Shown in pieces: positions 1-15,000 of a stretch of 64,000 nucleotides of DNA (position 1 is the stretch's first letter; every line of letters starts with the position of its first letter). Source of the stretch: Octopus vulgaris. Taxonomy: Eukaryota. The DNA lies in assembly GCA_951406725.2 (NCBI GenBank), contig OX597814.1, forward strand, positions 16,988,001 through 17,052,000. Reading direction: 5' to 3'. Below the pieces are notes generated by a model. It was not told where the DNA came from. It ran no database searches and saw only the letters and a list, made by a program, of their open reading frames with translations. The position numbers were made by a program, and so were the translations under genes.

Positions 1-3000
1 CAACCCAAAAAGCCAACCCAAATAGCCTAGCCAAATAGCCAAGCCAAATAGCCAACCCAAATAACCAAGCCAAATAGCCTAGCCAAATAGCGTAGCCAAT
101 TAGCTAACACAAATAGCATTGCCAAATAGCCAACCCAAATAGCCAAGCCAAATAGCAAACGAAAATAGCCAACCTAAAAAGAATACCCAAATAGCAAACC
201 CAAATAAGCAAACCAAATAGCCAAGCTAAATAGCCAAGCCAAATAGCAAACACAAATAGCCAACCAAAATAGCCAACCCAAATAGCCAACCCAAATAGCC
301 AAGCCAAATAGCCAACACAAATAGCCAAGCCAAATAGCCAAGCCAAATAGCCAAGCCAAATTTCCTAGCCAAATGCTAAGCCAAATAGCCAACACAAATA
401 GCAAACACAAATAGCATACCCAAATAGCCAACCCAAATAGCCAACCCAAAAGCCAAGCCAAAAAAGCCAACCCAAATAGCTTCGCCAATAGCAAACCCAA
501 ATAGACAACCCAAATAGCCAACCCAAATAGCCTAGCCAAATAGACTCGCCAAATAGCGAAGCCAAATATCTAACACAAATAGCATACCCAAATAGCCAAC
601 CCAAATAACCAAGCCAAATAGCCAACCCAAATAGCATAGCAAAATAGCAAACCCAGATAGCCAACCCAAATAGCCAACCCAAAAAGCCAACCCAAATAGC
701 CTAGCCAAATAGCCAAGCCAAATAGCCAACCCAAATAACCAAGCCAAATAGCCTAGCCAAATAGCGAAGCCAAAAAGCTAACACAAATAGCAAACCCAAA
801 TAGCCAACAAAAATAGCCAACCCAAATAGCAAAGCCAAATAGCAGACACAAATAGCCAACACAAATAGCCAAGGCAAATGACCAAGCCAAATAGCCAAGC
901 CAAGTAGCCTAGCCAAATAGCAAACCCAAATAGCAAACACAAATAGCCAACCAAAATAGCCAAGGCAAATGACCAAGCCAAATATCCAAGCCAAGTAGCC
1001 AACCCAAATAGGAGACTCAAATATGCAAGCCAAATAGTCAAGCCAAATAGCCTAGCCAAATAGCGATGCCAAATAGCCAAGCCAAATAGCCTAGTCAAAT
1101 ACCGAAGCCAAATAGCAAATACAAATAGCCAACCAAAATAACCAAGCCAAATAGCCTAGCCAAATAGCGAAGCCAAATATCTAATACAAATAGCATACCC
1201 AAATAGCCAACCCAAATAACAAAGTCAAATAGCCTAGCCATATAGCGAAGCCAAATAGCTAACACAAATAGCATACCAAAATAGCCATCCCAAATAGCAA
1301 AGCCAAATAGCAAAACCCAAAGAGCTTAGCCAAATAGCCAACCCAAATAGCCAAACCTAAAAGCCAAGCCAAAAAGCCCACCCAAATAGCTTAGCCAAAT
1401 AGCAAACCCAAATAGCCAACCCAAAATAGCCAACCCAAATAGCCAACCTAATAGCCTTGCCCAAATAGCGAAGCCAAATAGCTAACCCAAATAGCATACG
1501 CAAATAGCCAACCCAAATAGCCAACCCAAATAGCCAAGCCAAAAAGCCAACCCAAATAGCTTCGCCAAATAGCAAACCCAAATAGACAACCCAAATAGCC
1601 AACCCAAATAGCCTAGCCAAATAGCCTCGCCAAATAGCGAAGCCAAATATCTAACACAAATAGCATACCCAAACAGCCAACCCAAATAACCAAGCCAAAT
1701 AGCCAACCCAAATAGCATAGCAAAATAGCAAACCCAAATAGCCAACCCAAATAGCCAACCCAAAAAGCCAACCCAAATAGCCTAGACAAATAGCCAACCC
1801 AAATAACCAAGCCAAATAGCCAACCAAAATAGCTTAGCCAAATAGCAAACCCAAAAAGCGAACACAAATAGCATGCCCAAATAGCCAAGCCAAATAGCCA
1901 AGCCAAAAAGCCAAGCCAAATAGCCTAGCCAAATAGCCAAGCCAAATAGCTACCACAAATAGCACCCAAATAGCCAACCCAAATAGCAAAGCCAAATAGC
2001 CAACACAAATAGATTAGCCAAATAGCAAACCAAAATAGCCAAGCCAAAATGCCAACCCAAATAGCCAACCCAAATAGTTTAGCCAAATAGCAAACCCAAA
2101 TAGCCAACCCAAATTGCCAAGCCAAAAAGCCAACCCAAATAGTCAACCCAAATAGCCAAGCCGAATAGCCAACCCAAATAGCTTAGCCAAATAGCAAACC
2201 CAATTACCCAACCCAAATAGCCAAGCCAAAAAGCAAACCCAAATAGCTTCGCGAAATAGCAAACCCAAATAGCCAACCCAAATAGCCAACCCAAATAGCC
2301 AACCCAAATAGCCTACCCAAATAGCCAAGCCAAATAACAAACACAAATAGCCAGCCCAAATATCCAAGGCAAATGACCATGCCAAATAGCCAAGCCAAAT
2401 AGCCAACCCAAATAGGAGACCAAATAGCCAAGCCAAATAGCCAACCCAAATAGCATAGCGAAATAGCGAAGCCAAATAGCCTAGCCAAATAGCAAAGCCA
2501 AAAAGCCAACACAAATAGCATGCCCAAATAGCCGAGCCAAATAGCCTAGCCAAATCCCGTAGCCAAATAGCAAACACAAATAGCCAACCCAAATGGCCAA
2601 GCCAAATAGCCTAGCAAAATAGCGAAGCGAAATAGCCAAGACAAATAGCCAACCCAAATAGCTTAGCCAAATAGCAAACCCAAATAGCCAACCCAAATAG
2701 CCAAGCCAAATAGCCAAGCCAAAATGCCAACCCAAATAGCTTCCCCAAATAGCAAACCCAAATAGCCAACCCAAATAGCCAAGCCAAATAGCCAACCCAA
2801 ATAGCTTAGCCAAATAGCAAACCCAAATAGCCAACCCAAATAGCCAACCCAAAAAGCCAACCCAAATAGCCTAGCCAAATAGCCAAGCCAAATAGCCAAC
2901 CCAAATAACCAAGACAAATAGCCTAGCCAAATAGCGTATACAATTAGCTAACACAAATAGCATTGCCAAATAGCCAACCCAAATAGCCAAGCCAACTAAA

Positions 3001-6000
3001 ATAGCTTCGCCAAATAGCAAACCCAAATAGCCAACCCAAATAGCAAACGCAAATAGCCAACCCAAATAGCCAAGCCAAATAGCAAAGCCAAATGGCAAAC
3101 ACAAATAGCCAACCCAAATAGCCAAGCCAAATAGCCTAGCAAAATAGCGAGGCCAAATAGCCAAGACAAATAGCCAACCCAAATAGCTTAGCCAAATAGC
3201 AAACCCAAATAGCCAACCGAAATAGCCAAGCCAAAATGCCAACCCAAATAGCTTCCCCAAATAGCAAACCCAAATAGCCAACCCAAATAGCCAAGCCAAG
3301 TAGCCAACCCAAATAGCCAACCCAAATAGCTTAGCCAAATAGCAAACCCAAATAGCCAACCCAAATAGCCAACCCAAAAAAGCCAAGCCAAATAGCCTAG
3401 CCAAATAGCCAAGCCAAATAGCCAACCCAAATAACCAAGCCAAATAGCCTAGCCAAATAGCGTAGCCAATTAGCTAACACAAATAGCATTGCCAAATAGC
3501 CAACCCAAATAGCCAACGCAAATAACCAACCCAAATAGCCAAGCAAAATAGCAAAGCCAAATAGCAAACACAAATAGCCAACCCAAATAGCCAAGGCAAA
3601 TGACCAAGCCAAATAGCCAAGCCAAGTAGCCAACCCAAATAGGAGACTCAAATATCCAAACCACATAGTCAAGCCAAATAGCCTAGCCGAATAGCGATGA
3701 CAAATAGCCAAGCCAAATAGCCAACCAAAATAACCAAGCCAAATAGCCTAGCCAAATAGCGAAGACAAATAGCTAATACAAATAGCATACTCAAATAACC
3801 AACCCAAATAGCAAAGACAAATAGACTAGCAAAGTAGCGAAGCCAAATAGCTTAGCCAAATAGCAAACCCAAATAGCCACCACAAATAGCCAAGACAAAA
3901 AAGCCAACCCAAATAGCCAAGACAAAAAGCCAACCCAAATAGCCAACCCAAATTGTTTAGCCAAAAAGCAAACCCAAAGAGCCAACCCAAATTGCAAAGC
4001 CAAAAAGCCAACCCAAATAGTCAACCCAAATAGCTTAGCCAAATAGCAAACCCAAATAGCCAACCCAAATAGCCAAGCCAAATAGCCAACCCAAATAGTC
4101 AACCCAAATAGCCAAGCCGAATAGCCAACCCAAATGGCTTAGCCAAATAGCAAACCCAATTACCCATCCCAAATAGCCAAGCCAAAAAGCCAACCCAAAT
4201 AGCTTCGCGAAATAGCAAACCCAAATAGCCAACCCAAAGAGCCAAGCCAAATAGCAAAGCCAAACACAAATAGCCAACACAAATAGCCAAGGCAAATGAC
4301 CAAGCCAAATAGCCAAGCCAAATAGCCTAGCCAAATAGCAAACCCAAATAGCAAACACAAATAGCCAACCAAAATAGCCAAGGCAAATGATCAAGCCAAA
4401 TATCCAAGCCAAGTAGCCAACCCAAATAGGAGACTCAAATATGCAAGCCAAATAGTCAAGCCAAATAGCCTAGCCAAATAGCGATGCCAAATAGCCAAGC
4501 CAAATAGCCTAGTCAAATACCGAAGCCAAATAGCAAATACAAATAGTCAACCAAAATAACCAAGCCAAATAGCCTAGCCAAATAGCGAAGCCAAATATCT
4601 AATACAAATAGCATACCCAAATGGCAAACCCAAATAGCCAACCCAAATAGCCTAGCCAAATAGCGAAGCCAAATAGCTAACACAAATAGCATACCAAAAT
4701 AGCCATCCCAAATAGCCAAGCCAAATAGCCAACCAAAGAGCTTAGCCAAAAAGCCAACCCAAATAGCCAAACCAAATAGCCAAGCCAAATAGCCAACCCA
4801 AATAGCTTAGCCAAATAGCAAACCCAAATAGCCAACCCAAATAGCCAACCCAAATAGCCAACCCTAATAGCCTTGCCAAATAGCGAAGCCAAATAGCTAA
4901 CACAAATAGCATACCCAAATAGCCAACCCAAATAGCCAACCCAAATAGCCAAGCCAAATAGCCAACCCAAATAGCCAAGCCAAATAGCAAACCCAAATAG
5001 CCAACCCAAATAGCCAACCCAAATAGCCTAGCCAAATAGCCTCGCAAAATAGCGAAGCCAAATATCTAACACAAATAGCATACCCAAATAGCCAACCCAA
5101 ATAACCAAGCCAAATAGCCAACCCAAATAGCATAACCAAAATAGCAAACCCAAATAGCCAACCCAAATAGCCAACCCAAAAAGCCAACACAAATAGCCTA
5201 GCCAAATAGCCAAGCCAAATAGCCAACCCAAATAACCAAGCCAAATAGCCTAGCCAAATAGCGAAGCCAAATAGCAAACCCAAATAGCCAACCCAAATAG
5301 CCAACCCAAAAAGCCAACCCAAATAGCCTAGCCAAAAAGCAAAGCCAAATAGCAAACACAAATAGCCAACACAAATAGCCAAGGCAAATAGCCAAGCCAA
5401 ATAGCCAACCCAAATAGCCTAGCCAAATAGCAAACCCAAATAGCAAACACAAATAGCCAACCAAAATAGCCAAGGCAAATGACCAAGCCAAATATCCAAG
5501 CCAAGTAGCCAACCCAAATAGGAGACTCAAATATGCAAGCCAAATAATCAAGCCAAATAGCCTAGCCAAATAGCGATGCCAAATAGCCAAGCCAAATAGC
5601 CTAGTCAAATACCGAAGCCAAATAGCAAATACAAATAGCCAACCAAAATAACCAACCAAGCCAAATAGCCTAGCCAAATAGCGAAGCCAAATATCTAATA
5701 CCCAAATAGCATACCCAAATAGCCAACCCAAATAACCAAGTCAAATAGCCTAGCCATATAGCGAAGCCAAATAGCTAACACAAATAGCATACCAAAATAG
5801 CCATCCCAAATAGCCAAGCCAAATAGCAAAACCAAAGAGCTTAGCCAAAAAGCCAACCCAAATAGCCAAACCTAAAAGCCAAGCCAAAAAGCCCACCCAA
5901 ATAGCTTAGCCAAATAGCAAACCCAAATAGCCAACCCAAATAGCCAACCCAAATAGCCAACCCTAATAGCCTTGCCAAATAGCGAAGCCAAATAGCTAAC

Positions 6001-9000
6001 ACAAATAGCATACCCAAATAGCCAACCCAAATAGCCAACCCAAAAGCCAAGCCAAAAAGCCAACCCAAATAGCTTCGCCAAATAGCAAACCCAAATAGAC
6101 AACCCAAGTAGCCAACCCAAATAGCCTAGCCAAATAGCCTAGCCAAATAGCGAAGCCAAATATCTAACACAAATAGCATACCCAAATAGCCAACCCAAAT
6201 AACCAAGCCAAATAGCCAACCCAAATAGCATAACAAAATAGCAAACCCAAATAGCCAACCCAAATAGCCAACCCAAAAAGCCAACACAAATAGCCTAGCC
6301 AAATAGCCAAGCCAAATAGCCAACCCAAATAACCAAGCCAAATAGCCTAGCCAAATAGCGAAGCCAAATAGCTAACACAAATAGCCAACACAAATAGCCA
6401 ACAAAAATAGCCAACCCAAATAGCCTAGCCAAAAAGCAAAGCCAAATAGCAAACACAAATAGCCAACACAAATAGCCAAGGCAAATGACCAAGCCAAATA
6501 GCCAAGCCAAGTAGCCTAGACAAATAGCAAACCCAAATAGCAAACACAAATAGCCAACCAAAATAGCCAAGGCAAATGACCAAGCCAAATATCCAAGCCA
6601 AGTAGCCAACCCAAATAGGAGACTCAAATATGCAAGCCAAATAATCAAGCCAAATAGCCTAGCCAAATAGCGATGCCAAATAGCCAAGCCAAATAGCCTA
6701 GTCAAATACCGAAGCCAAATAGCCAAATACAAATAGCCAACCAAAATAACCAAGCCAAATAGCCTAGCCAAATAGCGAAGCCAAATAGCTAATACAAATA
6801 GCATACCCAAATAGCCAACCCAAATAACAAAGGCAAATAGCCTCGCCATATAGCGAAGCCAAATAGCTAACACAAATAGCATACCAAAATAGCCATCCCA
6901 AATAGCCAAGCCAAATAGCAAAACCAAAGAGCTTAGCCAAATAGCCAACCCAAATAGCCAAACCTAAAAGCCAAGCCAAAAAGCCCACCCAAATAGCTCA
7001 GCCAAATAGCAAACCCAAATAGCCAACCCAAATAGCCAACCCAAATAGCCAACCCTAATAGCCTTGCCAAATAGCGAAGCCAAATAGCTAACACAAATAG
7101 CATACGCAAATAGCCAACCCAAATAGCCAACCCAAAAGCCAAGCCAAAAAAGCCAACCCAAATAGCTTCGCCAAATAGCAAACCCAAATAGACAACCCAA
7201 ATAGCCAACCGAAATAGCCTAGCCAAATTGCCTCGCCGAATAGCGAAGCCAAATATCTAACACAAATAGCATACCCAAATAGCCAACCCAAATAATCAAG
7301 CCAAATAGCCAACCCAAATAGCATAGCAAAATAGCAAACCCAAATAGCCAACCCAAATAGCCAACCCAAATAGCCTAGCCAAATAGCGAAGCCAAATAGC
7401 TAACACAAATAGCCAACCCAAAAAGCCAAAAACAATAACAAACCCAAATAGCCTAGCCAAATAGCAAAGCCAAATAGCAAACACAAATAGCCAACACAAA
7501 TAGCCAAGGCAAATGACCAAGCCAAAAAGCCAAGCCAAGTAGCCTAGCCAAATAGCAAACCCAAATAGCAAACACAAATAGCCAACCCAAAAGCCAAGCC
7601 AAAAAGCCAACCCAAATACCTTAGGCAAGTAGCAAACCCAAATTGCCAAGCCAAAAAGCCAACCCAAATAGCTTCGCCAAATTGCAAACCCAAATAGCCA
7701 ACCCAAATAGCCAACCCAAAAAGCCAACCCAAATAGCCTAGCCAAATAGCGAAGCCAAATAGCTAACACGAATAGCCAACACAAATAGCCAACAAAAATA
7801 GCCAACCCAAATAGCTAGCCAAATAGCAAAGCCAAATAGCAAACACAAATAGCCAACACAAATAGCCAAGGCAAATGACGAAGCCAAATAGCCAAGCCAA
7901 GTAGCCTAGCCAAATAGCAAACCCAAATAGCAAACACAAATAGCCAACCAAAATAGCCAAGGCAAATAACCAAGCCAAATAGCCAACCCAAATAGGAGAC
8001 TCAAATATGCAAGCCAAATAGTCAAGCCAAATAGCCTAGCCAAATAGCGATGCCAAATAGCCAAGCCAAATAGCCTAGTCAAATACCGAAGCCAAATAGC
8101 AAATACAAATAGCATACCCAAATAGCCAACCCAAATAACAAAGGCAAATAGCCTAGCCATATAGCGAAGCCAAATAGCTAACACAAATAGCATACCAAAA
8201 TAGCCATCCCAAATAGCCAAGCTAAATAGCAAAACCAAAGAGCTTAGCCAAATAGCCAACCCAAATAGCCAAACCTAATAGCCAAGCCAAAAAGCCCACC
8301 CAAATAGCTTAGCCAAATAGCAAACCCAAATAGCCAACCCAAATAGCCAACCCAAATAGCCAACCCAAATAGCCTTGCCAAATAGCGAAGCCAAATAGCT
8401 AACACAAATAGCATACCCAAATAGCCAACCCAAATAGCCAACCCAAAAGCCAAGCCAAAAAGCCAACCCAAATAGCTTCGCCAAATAGCAAACCCAAATA
8501 GACAACCCAAATAGCCAACCGAAATAGCCTAGCCAAATAGCCTCGCCGAATAGCGAAGCCAAATATCTAACACAAATAGCATACCCAAATAGCCAACCCA
8601 AATAACCAAGCCAAATAGCCAACCCAAATAGCATAGCAAAATAGCAAACCCAAATAGCCAACCCAAATAGCCAAACCAAATAGCCTAGCCAAATAGCGAA
8701 GCCAAATAGCTAACACAAATAGCCAACCCAAATAACCAAGCCAAATAGCCTAGCCAAATAGCGAAGCCAAATAGCTAACACAAATAGCCAACCCAAAAAG
8801 CCAACAAAAATAACAAACCCAAATAGCCTAGCCAAATAGCAAAGCCAAATAGCAAACACAAATAGCCAACACAAATAGCCAAGGCAAATGACCAAGCCAA
8901 AAAGCCAAGCCAAGTAGCCTAGCAAAATAGCAAACCCAAATAGCAAACACAAATAGCCAACCCAAAAGCCAAGCCAAAAAGCCAACCCAAATACCTTAGG

Positions 9001-12000
9001 CAAGTAGCAAACCCAAATTGCCAAGCCAAAAAGCCAACCCAAATAGACAACCCAAATAGCCAACCCAAATAGCCTAGCCAAATAGCCTCGCCAAATAGCG
9101 AAGCCAAATATCTAACACAAATAGCATACCCAAGTAGCCAACCCAAATAACCAAGCCAAATAGCCAACCCAAATAGCTTAGCAAAATTGCAAACCCAAAT
9201 AGCCAACCCAAATAGCCAACCCAAATAGCCAACCCAAAAAGCCAACCCAAATACCCTAGCCAAATAGCGAAGCCAAATAGCCAACCCAAATAACCAAGCC
9301 AAATAGCCTAGCCAAATAGCGAAGCCAAATAGCTAACACAAATAGCATTCCCAAATAGCAAACCCAAAAGGCCAACCAAAATAGCTTCGCCAAATAGCAA
9401 ACCCAAATAGCCAACCCAAATAGCCAACAAAAATAGCCAACCCAAATAGCCTAGCCAAATAGCAATGCCAAATAGCAAACACAAATAGCCAACACAAATA
9501 GCCAAGGCAAATGACCAAGCCAAATAGCCAAGCCAAGTAGCCTAGCCAAATAGCAAAGCCAAATAGCAAACACAAATAGCCAACCAAAATAGCCAAGGCA
9601 AATGACCAAGCCAAATAGCCAAGCCAAGTAGCCAACCCAAATAGGAGACTCAAATATCCAAGCCAAATAGTCAAGCCAAATAGCCTAGCCAAATAGCGAT
9701 GCCAAATAGCCAAGCCAAATAGCCTAGTCAAATACCGAAGCCAAATAGCAAATACAAATAGCCAACCAAAATAACCAAGCCAAATAGCCTAGCCAAATAG
9801 CGAGGCCAAATAGCTAATACAAATAGCATACCCAAATAGCCAACCCAAATAACAAAGTCAAATAGCCTAGCCAAATAGCGATGCCAAATAGCCAAGCCAA
9901 ATAGCCTAGTCAAATACCGAAGCCAAATAGCAAATACAAATAGCCAACCAAAATAACCAAGCCAAATATCCTAGCCAAATAGCGAAGCCAAATAGCTAAC
10001 ACAAATAGCATACCAAAATAACCATCCCAAATAGCCAAGCTAAATAGCCAAACCAAATAGCTTAGCCAAATAGCCAACCCAAAGAGCCAAACCTAAAAGC
10101 CAAGCCAAAAAGCCCATCCAAATACCTTAGGCAAGTAGCAAACCCAAATTGCCAAGCCAAAAAGCCAACCCAAATAGCTTCGCCAAATTGCAAACCCAAA
10201 AAGACAACCCAAATAGCCAACCCAAATAGCCTAGCCAAATAGCCTCGCCAAATAGCGAAGCCAAATATCTAACACAAATAGCATACCCAAGTAGCCAACC
10301 AAAATAACCAAGCCAAATAGCCAACCCAAATAGCTTAGCAAAATAGCAAACCCAAATAGCCAACACAAATAGCCAACCCAAAAAGCCAACCCAAAAAGCC
10401 TAGCCAAATAGCGAAGCCAAATAGCCAACCCAAATAACCAAGCCAAATAGCCTAGCCAAATAGCGAAGCCAAATAGCTAACACAAATAACATACCCAAAT
10501 AGCCAAGCCAAAAGGCCAACCAAAATAGCTTCGCCAAATAACAAACCCAAATAGCCAACCAAAATAGCCAACAAAAATAGTCAACCCAAATAGCCTAGCC
10601 AAATAGCAAAGCCAAATAGCAAACACAAATAGCATACCTAAATAGCTTACCCAAAAAGCCAAGCCAAATAGCAAACCCAAATAGCTAACCCAACTAGCCA
10701 AGCCAAATAGCAAACCCAAATAGCCAACCCAACTAGACTAGCTAAATAGGCAAGCCAATTAGCAAACACAAATAGCCAACCAAAATAGCCAAGGCAAATG
10801 ACCAAGCCAAATAGCCAAGCCAAGTAGCCTAGCCAAATAGCAAAGCCAAATAGCAAACACAATTAGCCAACCAAAATAGCCAAGGCAAATGACCAAGCCA
10901 AATAGCCAAGGCAAGTAGCCAACCCAAATAGGAGACTCAAATATCCAAGCCAAATAGTCAAGCCAAATAGCGATGCCAAATAGCCAAGCCAAATAGCCTA
11001 GTCAAATGACGAAGCCAAATAGCAAATACAAATAGCCAACCAAAATAACCAAGCCAAATAGCCTAGCCAAATAGCGAAGCCAAATAGCTAATACAAATAG
11101 CATACCCGAAAAGCCAACCCAAATAGCCAAGCCAAATAGACTAGCCAAGTAGCGAAACCAAATAGCTAACACAAATAGCATACCCAAATAGCCAACCCAA
11201 ATAGCCAAGACAAAAAACCAACCCAAATAGCCAGCCCAAATAGCTTAGCCAAATAGCAAACCCAAATAGCCACCCCAAATAGCCAAGACAAAAAGCCAAC
11301 CCAAATAGACAAGACAAAAAGCCAACACAAATAGCCAACCCAAATAGTTTAGCCAAATAGCAAACCCAAATATCTAACCGAAAATTGCCAAGCCAAAAAG
11401 CCTACCCAAATAGTCAACCCAAATAGCTTAGCCAAATAGCAAACCCAAATAACCAAGCCAAATAGCCTAGCCAAATAGCGAAGCCAAGTAGCTAACACAA
11501 ATAGCATACCCAAATAGCCAACCCAAGTAGCCAAGCCAAATAGCCAACCCAAATACCTTAGCCAAATAGCAAACCCAAATAGCCAACCCAAATAGCCAAC
11601 CCAAATAGTCTAGCCAAATAGCCAAGCCAAATAACAAACACAAATAGCCAACAAAAATAGCCAAGGCAAATGACCAAACCAAATAGCATAGCCAACACAA
11701 ATAGCATACCTAAATAGCTTACCCAAATAGCCAAGCCAAATAGCTTAGCCAAATAGCAAACCCAAATAGCTAACCCAACTAGCCAAGCCAAATAGCAAAC
11801 CCAAATAGCCAACCCAACTAGACTAGCTAAATAGGCAAGCCAAATAGCAAACACAAATAGCCAACCCAAATAACAAAGTCAAATAGCCTAAACGAATAGC
11901 GAAGCCAAATACCTAACACAAATAGCATACCAATATAGCCAACCAAAATAGCCAAGCTAACCCAAATAGCTTTGCCAAATAGCAAACCCAAATAGCCAGC

Positions 12001-15000
12001 CCAAATAGCTTAGCCAAATAGCAAACCCAAATAGCCACCCCAAATAGCCAAGACAAAAAGGCAACCCAAATAGACAAGACAAAAAGCCAACACAAATAGC
12101 CAACCCAAATAGTTTAGCCAAATAGCAAACCCAAATAGCTAACCGAAAATTGCCAAGCCAAAAAGCCTACCCAAATAGTCAACCCAAATAGCTTAGCCAA
12201 ATAGCAAACCCAAATAGCCAACCCAAATAACCAAGCCAAATAGCCTAGCCAAATAGCGAAGCCAAGTAGCTAACACAAATAGCATACCCAAATAGCCAAC
12301 CCAAGTAGCCAAGCCAAATAGCCAACCCAAATACCTTAGCCAAATAGCAAACCCAAATAGCCAACCCAAATAGCCAACACAAATAGTCTAGCCAAATAGC
12401 CAAGCCAAATAACAAACACAAATAGCCAACAAAAATAGCCAAGGCAAATGACCAAACCAAATAGCATAGCCAACACAAATAGCATGCCTAAATAGCTTAC
12501 CCAAAAAGCCAAGCCAAATAGCTTAGCCAAATAGCAAACCCAAATAGCTAACCCAACTAGCCAAGCCAAATAGCAAACCCAAATAGCCAACCCAACTAGA
12601 CTAGCTAAATAGGCAAGCCAAATAGCAAACACAAATAGCCAACCCAAATAACAAAGTCAAATAGCCTAAACGAATAGCGAAGCCAAATACCTAACACAAA
12701 TAGCATACCAATATAGCCAACCAAAATAGCCAAGCCAAATAGCTAACCCAAATTGCTCTGCCAAATAGCAAACCCAAATAGCCAACCAAAATAGCCAAAC
12801 CTAAATGCCAAGTCAAAAAGCCAACCCAAAGAGCTTCGCGAAATAGCAAACCCGAATAGCCATACCAAATAGCCAACCCTAATAGCCTAGCCAAATAGCG
12901 AAGCCAAATAGCTAACACAAATAGCATACCCAAATAGCCAACCAAAATAGCCAAACCAAAAAGCCAACCCCAAAAGCTAACCCAAATAGCTTCGCCAAAT
13001 AGCAAACCCAAAGAGCCAACCCAAATAGCCGACCCAAATAGCCTAGCCAAATAGCCTAGCCAAATAGCGAAGCCAAATATCTAACTCAAATAGCATACCC
13101 TAATAGCCAACCCAAATAACCAAGCCAAATAGCCAACCAAAATAGCTTAGCCAAATAGCAAACCCAAAAAGCCAACACAAATAGCATGCCCAAATAGCCA
13201 AGCCAAATAGCCAAGCCAAAAAGCCAAGCCAAATAGCCTAGCCAAATACCGACGCCAAATAGCTAATACAAATAGCATACCCAAATAGCCAATCCAAATA
13301 GCTTAGCCTAATAGCAAACCCAAATAGTCAAGCCAAAATGCCAACCCAAATAGCTTCCTCAAATAGCAAACCCAAATAGACAACCCAAATAGCCGAGCCA
13401 AATAGACAACCCAAATAGCCAACCGAAATAGCTTAGCCAAATAGCAAACCCAAATAGCCATCCCAAATAACCAAGCCAAATAGCCTAGCCATATAGGGAA
13501 GCCAAATAGCTAACACAAATAGCATACCCAAATAGCCAACCCAAGTAGCCAAGCCAAATAGCCAACACAAATACCTTAGCCAAATAGCAAACCCAAATAG
13601 CCAACCCAAAAAGCCAACCCAAAAAGCCAACCCAAATAGCCTAGCCAAATAGCCAAGCCAAATAACAAACACAAATAGCCAACACAAATAGCCAAGGCAA
13701 ATGACCAAGACAAATAGCCTAGCCAACACAAATAGCAAACCTAAATAGCTTACCCAAGCCAAAAAGCCTAGCCAAAAAGCCTAGCCAAATAGCGATGCCA
13801 AATAGCCAAGCCAAATAGCCTCCCCAATTACCGAAGCCAAATAGCAAATACAAATAGCCAACCAAAATAACCAAGCCAAATAGCCTAGCCAAATAGCGAA
13901 GCCAAATAGCAAATACAAATAGCATACCCAAATAGCCAACCCAAATAGCCAACCCAAATAGCTTAGCCAAAAAGCAAACCCAAATAGCCACCCCAAATAG
14001 CTTAGCCAAATAGCAAACCCAAATAGCCAACAAAATAGCTTAGCCAAATAGCAAACCCAACTACACTAGCGAAATAGCCAAGCCAAATAGCAAACACAAA
14101 TAGCCAACCCAAATAACCGAATCAAATAGCTTAGCCAAATAGCGAAGCCAAATAGCTAACACAAATAGCAACACAAATAGCCAACCCAAATAGCCAAGCC
14201 AAATAGCCAACCCAAATAGCTTAGCCAAATAGCAAACCCAAATGGCCAACCCAAATATCCACACCTAAAAGCCAAGCCAAGAAGCCCACCCAAATAGCTT
14301 CGCCAAATAGCAAACCCGAATAGCCAACCCAAATAGCCAACCCTAATAGCCTAGCCAAATAGCGAAGCCAAATAGCTAATACAAATAGCATACCCAAATA
14401 GCCACCCCAAATAGCCAACCCAAAAAGCCAAGCCAAAAAGCCAACCCAAATAGTTTAGCCAAATAGCAAACCCAAATAGCCAAGACAAAAAGCCAACCCA
14501 AATAGCCAACCCAAATAGCTTAGCCAAATAGCAAACCCAAATAGCCAACCCAAATAGCCAAGCCAAAAGCCAACCCAAATATTCAACCCAAATAGCCAAG
14601 CCGAATAGCTTCGCGAAATAGCAAACCCAAATAGCCAACCCAAATAGCCTAGCCAAATAGCCAAGCCAAATAGCAAACACAAATAGCCAACCCAAATATC
14701 CAAGGCAAATGACCCTGTCAAATAGCCTAGCCAAATAGCCAAGCCAAATAGCAAACACAAATAGCCAACACAAATATCCAAGGCAAATGTCCATGTCAAA
14801 TAGCCAAGCCAAATAGCCAACCCAAATAGGAGACTCAAATAGCCAAACAAAATAGCATAGCCAAATAGCCAAGCCAAATAGCCTAGCCAAATAGCAAAGC
14901 CAAAAAGCCAACACAAATAGCATGCCCAAATAGCCAAGCCAAATCCCGAAGCCAAATAGCAAACACAAATAGCCAACCCAAATAGCCAAGCCAAATAGCC

